64,000 bases of DNA from positions 6,510,001 to 6,574,000 of the forward strand of contig NC_134029.1 in the NCBI RefSeq assembly GCF_964204645.1, written 5' to 3'. The DNA is from Tubulanus polymorphus (Eukaryota > Animalia > Nemertea). Made by a program: the position numbers and the translations under genes. Shown one piece after another: positions 1 through 37,260 of this stretch; within the stretch, counting starts at the first letter, position 1, and every line of letters begins with the position of its first letter. A model generated the notes under the pieces. That model did no database searches. It was given only the letters and a program-made list of their open reading frames with translations, and had not been told where the DNA came from.

Positions 1-936
1 GTGATTTCTTACCGCCGCAAGAGTTGGAGCAGTTCATGGAAACATTCAGGGTACTCTATCCATGTTATTCATTCATTAATTTGATATCACTTTCTGAATC
101 AATTACGGTTCGTCTATATGGCTGTATTCACTGATTGTAGGCATTACAAGAAGGCCGTGAACCGGATTTATCGGATTATAAACAATTCAAGATCACTTGT
201 GAAAATGTTGGTTTCCAAATGTTGGAAAAAATGGGATGGAAAGAAGGCGAAGGTCTAGGTCCGGATGGCCAGGGAATCCTCAATCCAGTAAACAAGTGAG
301 AACAAGAGAAAAAACCTCATCAAATACAGTAGTCTACTGAGTACCACTGATTATGCAGGGGGATTTTTCTAGCCAAGGAGTAATTTTTCATGTCCCACTT
401 ACAATCTATAACGTTTCGAATTATTACACTACAGTTTTCTCTGTATGCTGGAATTTTAAAGGGGCTGCATTAATTGTTAAGCGTATGACATTGTGGTTGC
501 TAAAGTAGCAAGGCTTTCGATCTCCTAAAAGGAGAGAAAATTAAGCTTAATTTTGGTGTAATCTTCTATTTTCGGAATTGGCAGCAGATAATTTTAGGGG
601 GTGACTGATTATCAGAGGGGTGTTTGTAAAAATAAAAGGGGTGGCAATCCCTCTAAAACCTATTGTGGAGACTGCAGTTTTTATAATTTTGTGTTTTGTA
701 GAGGATCGCAGCCTGTAAACGGTGGTGGCCTCGGTATCGAAAGACCGGCTGAATTAAGTAAAACCGATGACGAATTCGATGCCTATCGAAAGCGTATGAT
801 GTTAGCTTACAGATTCAGACCAAACCCGTTGGTGAGTAGATAACACTTTAAATCATATATGGATTCTTATTTGCTCGATTTACAAACTTTTTCGATTTCG
901 ATTTTGCAGAATAATCCGAGGAGACCATACTATTGA
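1..936 (+). CDS. SUGP1: SURP and G-patch domain-containing protein 1, 3' part (exons <1-50, 141-295, 702-831, 910-936)
   Basis: Spliced translation with GT-AG introns gives [56 protein letters not shown] (G-patch)...[29 protein letters not shown], the characteristic SUGP1/SF4 C-terminus. AATAAA at 1640-1645. Confidence 0.95.
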
Positions 937-3900
937 TCATATGACACCATGAAACAGGAGAAACGAAGAGGATTTGCATTGATCAAATCAGACAACGTGG
1001 TTGATAGCGTTAAATGAATCGTTTTAATAGTATTCACCTGGAAGTGATGTATCTCATAGTTGGAGAAAGGAATTGGCCGTTTTTTTCAGTCATTTATAGA
1101 TATACCGGTATTTATGTCGATAAAAAAAGATTTTAATGGACTACTGTATATTGAATTTTCGGCTGGAGCTCATATTATAGTAATGATTTTGGATTTTCTT
1201 AGAATCTGTGTATACGTATTGCTTTTGAGAGCGAGAAGTTCACTGAATATATTATTTTCCTGTACATAGAATATATCATAACATTTTCAATATTCATAAA
1301 ATGTCTTGTACATACGGTTACCGATACACATAAATTCGATTGATAGTTTTGCATACACATTATTCGCGTAGAAACGATATGGAAATATTTTTTCCGAAAT
1401 TCGGGAGGATTATTTCATTACCGTAATATCGTAATAACACATGACATTCGTATGTTTGATATTTGAATGATTAATGTTTTTCGCACTTTCTAAATCATCT
1501 AACTTCTAAAATTGGCTGTATGTTCGTTGACTGTTAACAAAATCTGTGAAATACAAAAAAATGGAAATATCTCTTGGGTCAGCTTTGTGTAGATCAAATT
1601 GTTCCAGCTGTATTCATTGTATATTTATTCAGTGTCTTCAATAAACTAGATATTTTAACTGATACAATTGTTTTCAAATTACAATTTTTCTTCATTTGGT
1701 TTTACCAGCGCATGAATGGAGTTAAGGGATGACGGAGGACATCGAAGGGACACAAGACTTTCAGGGATGCTGATCTTTTTCAATACGCTTACCATGATTA
1801 GATGGCATATCTGGTTTTACTCGAGCAAGAGAATTTCAAGGCTTTAGGTTGGACTGAGCTATAGCCTGCCACACCTCACACGCACTTCTCTGCGAGCCCC
1901 CGCAATAATACCATCAACATAAGCACTGCTCAAGTGACTCCCAGGAACGGGTGTGATAAGTGAAACCATTTTAACAAGTTGCACATCATGTCTTCTCTCT
2001 ATGACGAAACCTCTCGGCAGTTTTAATTGCTACTTGTGACTGACAAGTCTAGTTGCACACCCTCACTAATGATTGCACACCTATGCCGTTGACTCCTAAA
2101 AGGGTTAGATCAGGCAATCAATGGGCTGCCTCACTACACCATGAGGTGCTGTGCTATGCTCATCGTTAGCGGATTTTCTAACACTTACATGAACCAACTC
2201 AACAGTTGATTGCCAATGGTCTGTTCAACTTCATATAAGTGCGTGAAAAATCCACTACGATGAGCATAACTGCAGTACCTTACCGCATGCAACACATAAG
2301 CACAATTAGTGTTAAAATCTATCAATATTAATCTCCTCTACAAAATTTGCACGGTCTAAAGACAGGAAAAGCTTTCCGATATCGTATACTAATAAAACAT
2401 TTAAAGAAGAAGTTGTCTGTATTGTAATCACAAATTTATTCAGCATTGAACTTGCATTTGTTCCCTTAACAAGAAACGTCTTAACATACACATAAAGTAT
2501 ACACATTTGCCTTTGATACACAAACTTAATATCAATGTATAACCTGGAAATATAGATGCCTTCTATAACAACACGTATTTTGTGTAAGCACGTATTTTGT
2601 GTTCTTATACATTATTTGCATGTCACCTTCATGGTAGAAAAGAAGTGAATATATTCATAAGCTTCCCAAAAGCACGAGCCTGAATCAGAGTTCATTGACC
2701 CTGGACTCTCCATTTTATCCTCTAATTCAAGCAACCAACCCGACTATAAAAAATCTAACTATTATTCTAATTACGATTAAAACGTATACGCTGGTAACAA
2801 GAACACTCGATGATTCCCTGCTTAGGAGAGATGTCTCTGCAATACATAGGATAGAAATCATACTCATGACACAAATTCAATATTTGCCAGTATTTTATTG
2901 AAATCAGCAGGAAGAACACACATACCGTAGTCATTGTAACTTGATTAGTTAGAATTCAATTTCGTTCATCGAGACAATAAGCCACGATCAATAAACGACT
3001 TTGGTGGAATGGTGAAGTGAAATTACTAAAGGGAGACTACTACATTAATTCGAATAAAGGAATTATCATCATCAAAGGTAAGTGTATTTGAAAGATCTTT
3101 GAATTCATACATAAACATTACAACTGCCACTAAAATGCTGCATCCAACATCAGTTTATATTTTTTTCAACGATACGCAGTTAACTTTTGGACACAAATGT
3201 ACAGAAAATCATACAAATTTGTTACGTATACAGAATATCATTAGATTGTATATAAGAACAATTCAAAAACTAGACTCACGTTTTCTATGTATAACAGGAA
3301 TTACAAAAATACTACTAGTATAGAACATACTCTTGAGATACGCTTTCAAGACGCCAGTCAAGAAAAGATGGCCCCCCCCACTATACCAACCCTACGACAT
3401 GATTTATTACATCGGTGAAGTCTAAAACAATTATAGATTAGTTTCAGAGTTCACACATAATACATACAAATTAATTGACAGCAGATGGAGCAGTAGAATT
3501 ATCAAGGCATTATCTTTACTCGAAATGTTCGTAATAACTACAGCAGGGTCCGGTTTCATGAAAACGTTTGAGCATAAATCAGTTAAGTTACAATTGTTGT
3601 CCTCATTGAAAACATGAATTAACCGATGGTGATTGCACCAAAAATTTGAGTTAAACTTTTTCGTGAAACTGGACCCAATACTATGCAACCGAAAGCTCAA
3701 CGACTGCCCACAACACGCCATCGTGATCATTTTATACAACAATTTTTGTTGCTTCACGTCACCATGAGAGAACACAATCGTTCACATTCGAACAGATTAA
3801 ACACATGCAAATATATGAGAACATACATGTTCCAAACTCTTCAAATTCAAGTACTCTTCACCATATGCTGTAAACAAATCCTTCATACCGGGTACATCAA

Positions 3901-6345
3901 AATGAACACTGTATACAGACTTACAGCGTATTCATGTTCATGAACTGATGGAGCTAAAAAATATCTTAGATATTCCGCGTAGACATACAAAAGAAAATCA
4001 CTCAATCAGCAGTTGGTTTGACGTGGAGTCGTTGAATAGTCATACGTATTGAACACCCTCTGTAGCTTATTAAGACCCATTAATAGGGCGGATCCGGGCT
4101 ATCGGAAATATGGTGCGAAATGTCTAAGTGCTTTACGTATCTATCATACAGCAGAGTAAGCTAAATAGGTACTGATATCTGCAGGAAACTTGGCGCCATA
4201 TGACAACTGTTCCAGGATGAACGTGTCAACACCGATGAGCTTTACTTTCTTTTGAGGTCTGATGACTAATTCATCCCTAACAATTATGTAATTTTAAAGA
4301 GGCAGCATTATGACATCTTTGATCTTGGCCTTTGATCCACCAAAAAATACAGAAAATTCAAGCTTAATTTTGCATCTTCTATTTTCTACATCAGCTCATT
4401 TTATTTCAAAGCAATGATCAGTATTGATAGAATATTCACATCCACTCTGGTAGGTGTAGAAGATATCTTACAAAGGGTGGCTGATTCTGGGGTGAATGCA
4501 AAATTTAACAGGCTGGCAGCCCCTCAAAAACCTGTTGTGGAGAACACTGAATACATCCACATCATACTGATTGATCCAGAAAACTGGTTGATCTCAAACC
4601 TACAGTCATCAATATCCATCACATCCACATCAATACGAATTCATTGTAAAAGACAGTTGGCGCTACGCGATATTCACACAACACATGGCCGAAAATTAAT
4701 AACCGTCCTACGTTTTTTTTTTGTATCGGATCCATGTCTGTCGTCGTATGAAGTTGACAGATTCGCGTCTGTTTAAACTGCTATTAAACGATTAGATCAA
4801 TAACGCGCACTACTTCAACGACGATAGTTTCTCCTTCCTCGCTGGTAGAAATATCCAGCGCTTTCGATATTTCAGCCTGAAAACTCGCTTAATCCGTGCG
4901 ACACACATTTTAAGTTGCTTGTCATCACCAACTGCAGATTATGCCGCGCAGGTGCGCAAAACCGAAGACGAATTCATTTCAAAGGGCATAATTTTTTTCT
5001 ACTCCAAAAAATCGGATTTAAAAACAGTAGACCGTACGGAGAAGATCGCCATGTATCGAAAAACAAACGAAAACCTACGACTTCCTCTTACGAATAGTAA
5101 GAAAAACTTTTTTCAACAATGAGTTGTTGAATATATCATGTCAAGGAGACAAGCCGAGGAAGAATGGAGAAGGTTCACTAATAGTTACCTGACATTTATA
5201 AGAGCAATGCAACATTACCCGATAACTAGGCAAAGTCACACCCCGGAATAGAAGGCTTGCGATCTTTCATAATTGGAGCAAAGATAGATTGAGAGAAGAG
5301 CAGTTACTGAAAATACGCCTGAAGATACTTCTAAGCGTACGGTTCAACAGAGTACGTAAATAGCACAGAAAAGAGACTCTGTAAAAGGTAAGAGGAAATT
5401 ATGTTACAATTAAAAAGAGAATACCAGCAAAATTAGCACTACGATTTAGACCATATTTTTGACTACTTCAAAATAATATAACATTGCTTTGCGTAAAAAT
5501 CGATTCTAATCTTCATTGTTTCGAAGATTTTCTTACTTAAACGATTCAGATAAGTAAACAGATAGTGAATCTATACATCTCGGCAAATATTACGGACCAT
5601 GAAAACATCAATGATGAAATGTTTTTACCGATGGTAAAATTGAAAAGAAAATTTCGAATCAAAACGTATCTCAAAAATATTCAAAAACGAAATTAAACAG
5701 TTTCAAAGGACATTGAAAAACAAACATGGAAAAGAAGTTTAATCGAAGAGAGTTCTTGATTAACAGCTGGGGTTTAAGCAGGCGTTTTATAGAAAATGAA
5801 ACGTGACATTAAAAATTAATTCAGTTAGCTACTACATTATTAAAAAGTCCTACAAGACTTAACAAAGTTTGACGATTTTAACGATAAAACTTTCTGACAA
5901 CACGCAACACCGACAAAATTCGAAAAATTGATTTATGTTGAGCATTTGCCGATGGCACTGCTTCCACTGCAACGATAAACAGCAGGAACAGACGTGAAAA
6001 TCCATTTCCACAGGAAAAATGGTTCTATTGCTTTTATCCGATAAGTTTGTACAGACAAATTGGAATCAGAACAGGGGCGTATCCAGACGGCATTAGAAAA
6101 ATAATTTTTTTGCTTGCTCATTTTGGTCCGACTACCGATCTAAGTGAAAAGATCACAAAGACCGGTCTCATGATTCTAACCCATTCTGGACTAGACGCTA
6201 AAAATATGGATGACAAAATGCGTTCGAAGGCGATTTACAAAATGCTGCCGAATCTATTCAATCTCTGCAATACAAATATCGACGACTTAAAAATCGGAGC
6301 AATCTGTATTGTTTGTAGCTCTAAAACCGAACATCACGTAGATCG

Positions 6346-30227
<23,882 letters not shown>

Positions 30228-30973
30228 GATTTTTTTCTTTCATAGAAATAAATCCAATATCCAATGGTTTAAGGTTCATTAATAAATCAATTTAACCAGT
30301 AGGCCTAAGTAGTAAGCCATTTCGGATCTAAACTGATCATTAAGTCCATGTAGAACTATTTGTGACCTATAAATAGAAAATGAGACCAGTACATAAAACG
30401 GGCAGTGAATAAAGCAGCATCGATTTTTTTTTCAAATTTCATTCAATTTTCAATTCATTGAATTGAACGCGGAAGTAAATGAAAAATACGTTAAAATCTA
30501 CGGAAAGGATCGATGAATAGACACAAAACTTGCTTACTATAGTCCGCCGTCACGTGAGAGCAATAACTGGTGAACTGTCAAATAAATTTAATTCTCAAAA
30601 TGTACGTAAAAAGTGAGGTTTGTGCCCAAAAAACTGTCACTATTGGCACTGAAACGACAACGATTTAAAACACTTCCGCCTTTTATGGAAAGTTGATGAT
30701 GCAGTCACCAGATGGCGAATGAGTAGTTTGGGTATTTCGATTAAAAGAAAATTAAAACTTTATTCAACTTAAACTTGTTTACATCATTTGCATCGGTCTA
30801 CCATGGCATTTGAGCTATAACATGTTAACAGTTGTGACGGGACTGATAATTTCTTATCGAATGGCTACATTTTAGTGGTCAAAGAGAGTAAGGAATCTTT
30901 CTGTGCTTTTTAATTTCGTTGCAGCGACGTTAGATGGCGAATGAGTAGCTAGCCGTTACATCGCCGAGTCAAA
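30228..30973. promoter_or_regulatory. Bidirectional promoter region, diaphanous/TDRD3
   Basis: Divergent start codons ~750 bp apart. ETS-like CGGAAGT/ACTTCCG, E-box GTCACGTG and two identical copies of AGATGGCGAATGAGTAG (30710-30726, 30932-30948). Confidence 0.65.
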
Positions 30974-33900
30974 ATGGCCGACGTAGATCTAGTGAAACAG
31001 GGATGGTAAGTTGATTGTCGTAATAATTTCTTAGAATGTGAGACATTAATTTTTCCTCAGTGTTTTTCGTTTAACCGGCGAAGATGCAAACAATTAGGCG
31101 GAAGCTTTGTGAGTCGAAGTGCGTCATGGCGGCCATAAAAACTGATTGATTAAAAAGATTTTTCTTTCTCATCTCGACTCAATCTTTCGACTTCGTTCGT
31201 TTGAGTTGAGTCTGACTCCAGACTCCTAGTCTCGCACGAAACAGACGTATGACGAATTTTCTTCTGGCTGGACCGTTGTATGAGCCTTTTCTTGAAAGAA
31301 AATGCACCCAACCCTACTCGGCCACCTTACACCACAAGTCCTCTTATCTTAGTCTTACCTCCCAGAAAAAAAAATTGTTAGCCTAGAATAGATCTTACCG
31401 TAATTGTTGTTTTCCCCAGAAAATGTAGACAATTTTATAAGGAAGAGAACAATTAGAGCAGGCCTTATAATGTTGTTTATTTTCTTTTTTTATCACAACA
31501 GGCACTTGTCTGCCAATGGTTATCAGCAGTGTTCGGAAAATGGGCAAAAAGGCATTCCAGACATTGTTAAGACTGCTGTAAATGTTAGTAAGATTCATTT
31601 GCCTTGTCGTCCTATATGCGTTTGATTTAGATCCGAGTTCAAGTATTTCACTTCTCGTCGTCATTTTGTAGCTTGACTTGAAAGAAATCGGTGAGAAGAG
31701 TTTACCGGAAGGAATAAACCGCGGTAAGATCGATTCGGTCAGCGGCCCGTGCGTTTTACAAATACAGAAAATACGAAACGTCGCCGCTCCGAAACAGGAC
31801 GAAGAATCTCGGGTCGCTCCGCATCTTTTGAAGGTCACACTGACGGACGGTCAAAGCAATTGTAATGGTCTGATTCTAGATAACATAGACAAGTTAAGGT
31901 AGGCTATCTTTGTGTCATGTGTCGTAGTTTCTACAGATCAGCGTATCTTTGAGTTTTTTGATTGGTCAGATATTTCCAAAAAAATATTTGGAAAACCACC
32001 GTTTGGCTGCTACAAACTAAGGGAGGTCTCTGGGTACTTCAAAAAATTCAGGTGCAACAAATACAGGCAAATTTCATAAAAATCCATATCAGTACTATTT
32101 TTCTGTCATAAGAATCTCAAAAAAGGCTAGGCTATCTGGTAAATTGTCGCAGATTAGACTGGTATGCCGTCATCTGCCCAAAGGATGACAGAGGTATATA
32201 GCTGGAGTGTATGGCTGAGAATTTCTCCAAAAATGTGCAAATTTTAGCTGTGAAATGTCTATTTTTGAATACTGTTCCAGCATATGTCAGGCCCATGGTG
32301 ACGTCCCTGGATATAATATGCCCTAAGATGAACATCCAAGGTTATTTAATTCAGTACACAGGGTTTTGAATCATAAACCATTATTGGTCCTTAGCGCATG
32401 TCATTTCTTAAATCTGAAATTAAGCTATTAGCGTATAGCCTATAGAATCCTGATACCATAAATGATGTTGTATATTTCTAACAGTGGAATAACAATGTAT
32501 TTGTAATCAATTCATTTTCAGTTTAAATACCCCTCCTGGAACAAAGCTCAAACTGATCGGACTAGTGCCGGTTCAACATGGCTTTCTACTTCTCAACAGT
32601 TTATGTGCTAAGATCCTCGGCGGTGTGGTCGAGAAAATGGTCCAAACATGGGAACTGAAAAAGGCAGGTTTGACTTAATCGTCTGGAAACATATGATAGA
32701 TTTTTACTGCAATCAACTTTCAATTATCCACCGCTCTTAAGGACCATTCTGTGGCTTTTTGGCGGATAGTCGAGAAAAGGGGTTAAGCGAATGTACACTT
32801 GTATAGAACAGAATCAAGATGGCTGACGAGTGGCCATTGTAGTTCAACCAAAATCACCACTTTTTACACATTTTTGAAGTTCTCAAGGACAACTTTGGAG
32901 AGGCTTCAATCAATTTTCCTCTCTATGAATCTCAAGCCTCGAGTATTTATTGTGTTTATTTTACATTTCAGTCACTAGCATCTGTGGCTAAGAATGCACG
33001 AACAAATCTACAATCAGATGGAGGTGGCCCTCCTCCATTTATACCTTTTGGTCAAAGGGACCGTAGTCAACCAACTCTGACGAAGAAAGGTGAATTTCAA
33101 AACTGCTCTCACTTGGGTGGCCACTACCTGGAACTCAGGGAATAGTCAGGGAATTTTGTAAAAAAAGCTACCAATCAGGGAAATATGTTGCGATCGCTAG
33201 ATTGCGCGTAAAATGAAACAGTTTCCGTCTATGCCTTACTTATTTGACGGTTAATTGATTGAATTAAAAGACCAAATTCAGAAAACTTACTGTGGGACAT
33301 GCCAGGGAGAAGTCAGAGGGAAAGTAAGTGAAATAAAAGTGGCCACCCTGTTTCAGTCATTACACAAAAAATCATTCATTTGTTACTTATTTCGAATGTA
33401 GCTTACGATGATAAACGTATCAAATTTCAGATAACTTTCGATCGTTGGATGTTAATAAAGATGTAACAAAAAAGGAAGGCAATGATGAATTCGCTGCTCA
33501 ACGCCAAGCGACGATAGCTGAAGCACAATTAGCTAAGGTCGATGGAAAGAGTAAAACATTCGGCGGTGGCTTCTTAAAAAAGGTCAGTGTCAGTTGTAGA
33601 TATCGGGAACTAATTCCCTCTTTAGTCCGAAGCAGTAAATAATAATACATGTAGAGGATTGGTACATATTATCAGGGGCCCAATACTGTTCCACACCTTA
33701 AAAAAATATGACACTCAGTGGCCTTATTTCTTAGTTATAATGGTGTCCATAAGGTCGCACTATTTTGATGTATTCTTGCAATTACATCAATCTTAATTTT
33801 AAGTTAATTGTTCCATCTTTTAAAGCCGAATGATAGAGATGTTGCACGTATAGTGGAGATGGGTTTTACGGCTGAACAGGCAGCAAATTCGTTGCGTCAG

Positions 33901-36900
33901 ACGTCTGACGTTCAAGAAGCGATTGATTCGTTAATCTCTTCATCATCGAGTGCTACATTTTCTTCGAATAATCGTAATTCGAAATCGACGGCATTAGGGG
34001 GCGCTGGTGGTGTTAGAGTGGCTGCGAAACCCGACAAACCTCGTAAGTTCTCATCTCTAAACGTTAACCTGGTTGAATGAATGGATTTTTTTTATAGCAG
34101 GCCTTAAAGCTTTTAAGATTGCTCGATTGAGGAGGAAATAGAAAGAGCTTAATTTTGTATAACTCTGCAGGATCCCAGGATTTTTGTTTTTTACCTGATT
34201 AGGCAGTTACAAACTAAGAAACAGAGTTTAGGTATAGGATAAAGATTTGCTTACAAAATTACCAAACGAGGTAAACAGTACTGATTTAGGAGTCTACTCT
34301 ACTGTAATTGTAATATGAAAGAGATGCAGACACTTCCTCGAAATTTGAAATTTTCTCTTTTAAAACTCCTTATAGCCAGGAATAACTGATCTGTTGGCAC
34401 CCTGACCGGGGTACTCGTCTTTTTATCAGTCATTTAAGAGGTAACGTGTATATTTAGGTAAAGGTCGCCGCGGAAGAGGAGGACCTGATGAGGAGGATGG
34501 TGATGATTTTGGAGCTCCACAGAGCAGACCGTCGGGGCCTGCAACATTATTCGACTTCCTAGAAACTAAAATCACCCCCGTACCGAAAGATGGTAAGAAT
34601 AGATTAAAATTCATCAAAGATAATGGCTGAAACCAGCTGGGGTTTGTTTCTTGAACAGGGTGGCAACTTCAGGGAAAAGTCGGAATTTTCTTTTCTTAAA
34701 AAAGTCAGGGGATAGTCAGGGAATTTTTTAAAAACCGAAAAGCCAGGGGAAATTTGTTGACGTTGCTTGATCAAACAGTTTGAAAATTGAAAAATGTCTT
34801 GCGTAGTTGACTGTGTTAATTGATTGGATTCTTAGCAGATCAAGTTAGGGAAAACAACGTGCATGTCAGAGTAAAGTCAGGGAAATATTAAGTAAAAAAT
34901 GGCCACCATGTTGAATCCCTGGTCGCCTCAAAATACTTTTGTAATTAGTCTATTTTATAAATACCAGTAGACTGATCTGAGATTGCTCTTATATTCAATA
35001 CTCAAAAGGTGCGAGTATTACCTGACAGAATAAGCCAACATTAATACGTTTGTTTCATATAATGAATAAGATTAATATCAGTCAGGAATCTACATTTGTT
35101 TTCTTCAGAAAGTAAAAATTCATCAGAACCACAACAACATCATCAACGCCAGTATTCTTCTCAGGGATCCAATAACAACACTGCCTCCAGCAGCGGCGGT
35201 GGAGGAGGAGGAGGCTTCCAGTCAGATTACCGACGAACGCAAAATCTTCCACCGCGGCTACAAAACAAACAACGCGCCGAAAATCAAAGTCGCAACTCGT
35301 CGAGGCAGCCGTACGATTCGTACAACAAAGGCGGACGTTCCTACGACCGGTCGTCGCAGGGATCGGATCGGTACAATAAAACCCGTTCTAACCGCGACGA
35401 CTATCACCAGCACGGTTACAACGATCGCTACGGTAACAACGGTGATTATTACGATCGTTATAACAACGGCGGCTCCGATCATTATTATTACACTAACTCG
35501 GCGTCCGAATACGGAGGTAAATCGTCGCATTATCGCCCGCAAAGTACGAGCAAGTCGAAAACGACTGAGTCGGATCGCGGTGGCGCGTCGTCGCGGTCGT
35601 ACGGAGACCGGTCGGATTCGCGGTCGAGTTCGACGAATTCGAATCGATACGACACGTCGTCGAACGGCGGGTCGAACGGCGCGCGATCGCGAAGCGGGGC
35701 CCCGCATTACAACAACAATGGCGCCGACGGTTACAACAATAAAGAGAACAGTTACGTCGTCGCGACGAGTTACGGCGGGGGACAAAGTTATTACGAATCG
35801 GCGCTGCATCAAAACGCGGCCGTACAGAGTCAGCATTATTACGAATATCAACAACAAGGACTGGCGCCCGCGGCTCAACTACACGCCGCTAATCAACAGG
35901 CGTACACGATTTATCATCAACAACACAATCCGAAACCGAGCGACTACCACCAGCAGCACCAACATCAACAGAGTAATAGTTATTACGATGGAAGTAACAG
36001 CGTCGGAACTAACGGACACGGAGACGATCACTACGTGCAACAACAGTACGATCATAAACACCACACGCAACAATACTCGAATCAACCGGACGGCGACCAT
36101 AGCAACAGCGAAGTCTACGTCAACTATGAGGACGGACAGCAGCGGCCGCCGCGTAAATGGAAGATGGGCGATTATTGTCTAGCGCGATATTGGGAAGATG
36201 GTAATGTAAGTATTTTGTATGCGAGTTAAAACAGGAGTCGCATGTCCCAATGACTCCTCGATTCCTTCTCAATGGAAAATGATTTTAAAGGTCCTTGAAT
36301 CTACTTCAATTTGAGCAAAATACCTGAATTCAGTTTAAAACATCAAATAAATCATATAAAAGGCAATTACAAATTTTTGTCTAGTTTTTAGATATTTACT
36401 ATTATTGGTACTGTTCTCAACAGGCTTCAATAGATTTTGTCTTCCTCTTACCGCGCATGACTTAAGTAAAATGTTGTTACCGCTTTCAGATGTACCGAGC
36501 GAATGTGATCGATATTCACGAGAACAGTAAAACTTGTATTGTATCATTTACCGATTATGGTAACACCGAGGAAGTATCTCTATCAGACATTAAGACTGTC
36601 TCAAAACAAGCTTGGGTAAGTCTAGCCCTACATTGTATATTTTGTACATTGAAAGGGATACGGTCATGTCAACCTCAGTTAAGCTGTCCCTGTTAAACTG
36701 TATACGTGCTTTATCTGTTAATAGATTGGTCTGGATTTTAAGTAACGTTATTTCAATTTCCTTTTCAATTTCTGTGTCTCAATCGTATCTATACAGGGTC
36801 CCTACAACTTCTACTTTTTGGTTCCTTGAAAACACCGTCAAAACGGAAAATGCTTTTAAAGGTGCTTGAAATGCCTTTAATTTGAATAAAATCCCCAAAA

Positions 36901-37260
36901 CTCATTTTGAGAAATTGGCAATTAGAAAATTTTTGGTGATGAAGTATTATGGTGTTCAGACCGGTGTAGTACAAAATAATTTTGACCTGCAGCCAATTTT
37001 TAAAGTGTTGATATTTTCTCTTGCAGACGGACTCCGGAGTCCAAACGACCATTCTACCACCGCCACCATTTCAACAGATTCTCACTATACCGCCACCTCC
37101 CCCGAATTTCAGTATCCCACCACCGTTCACGCCGATGCCGACGCAGGGTTATGCGATGGAATTCCGTCGCGGAGGCCAAGGACCGATGTACAGCAACGGA
37201 CGCGATCGTAAAGCACGGCCGACGCAGTCGTTATATCAACCACCGGCGTCGCGGAATTGA
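30974..37260 (+). CDS. TDRD3: Tudor domain-containing protein 3 (OB-fold, UBA, Tudor, C-terminal EJC-binding-type motif), multi-exon
   Basis: Exon 30974-31005 (MADVDLVKQGW), OB-fold GPCVLQIQKIRNVAAPK...LTDG...SLNTPPGTK, GGPPPFIPFGQ, UBA (IVEMGF), RPSGPATLFDFLETK, Tudor WKMGDYCLARYWEDGN-MYRA...FTDYGNTEEV, end RPTQSLYQPPASRN*. Confidence 0.95.
32664..32971 (+). other. Non-canonical GC-AG intron in TDRD3
   Basis: AAG|GCAGGT donor gives in-frame WELKK-SLASVAK...GGPPPF. The nearest GT (4 nt downstream) would frameshift, and the unspliced frame stops at TAA a few codons later. Confidence 0.8.
33115..33350. mobile_element. Abundant CAGGGTGGCCAC/TTCCCTGA-repeat MITE family (other copies/fragments ~9990-10255, ~10600-10900, ~24660-24916, ~34658-34910, ~45660-45790, ~60405-60490)
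   Basis: GGGTGGCCACT...AGTGGCCACCCTG termini and tandem TCAGGGAA units recurring in introns across the window. Confidence 0.7.

Noticed and set aside
4773-4876. Minus-strand acceptor followed by a short open frame (AEISKALDISTSEEGETIVVEVVRVIDLIV*)
   Set aside because: The phase is incompatible with the diaphanous DAD exon and there is no recognisable homology. Likely 3'UTR or intergenic sequence.
35199-36182. 327-aa overlapping +1-frame ORF and 206-aa antisense ORF within the large TDRD3 exon
   Set aside because: The main frame is low-complexity (S/G/N/Y/Q/R) with few Leu/Ile/Val/Met codons, which removes stops from the shifted frames. The products resemble no protein.
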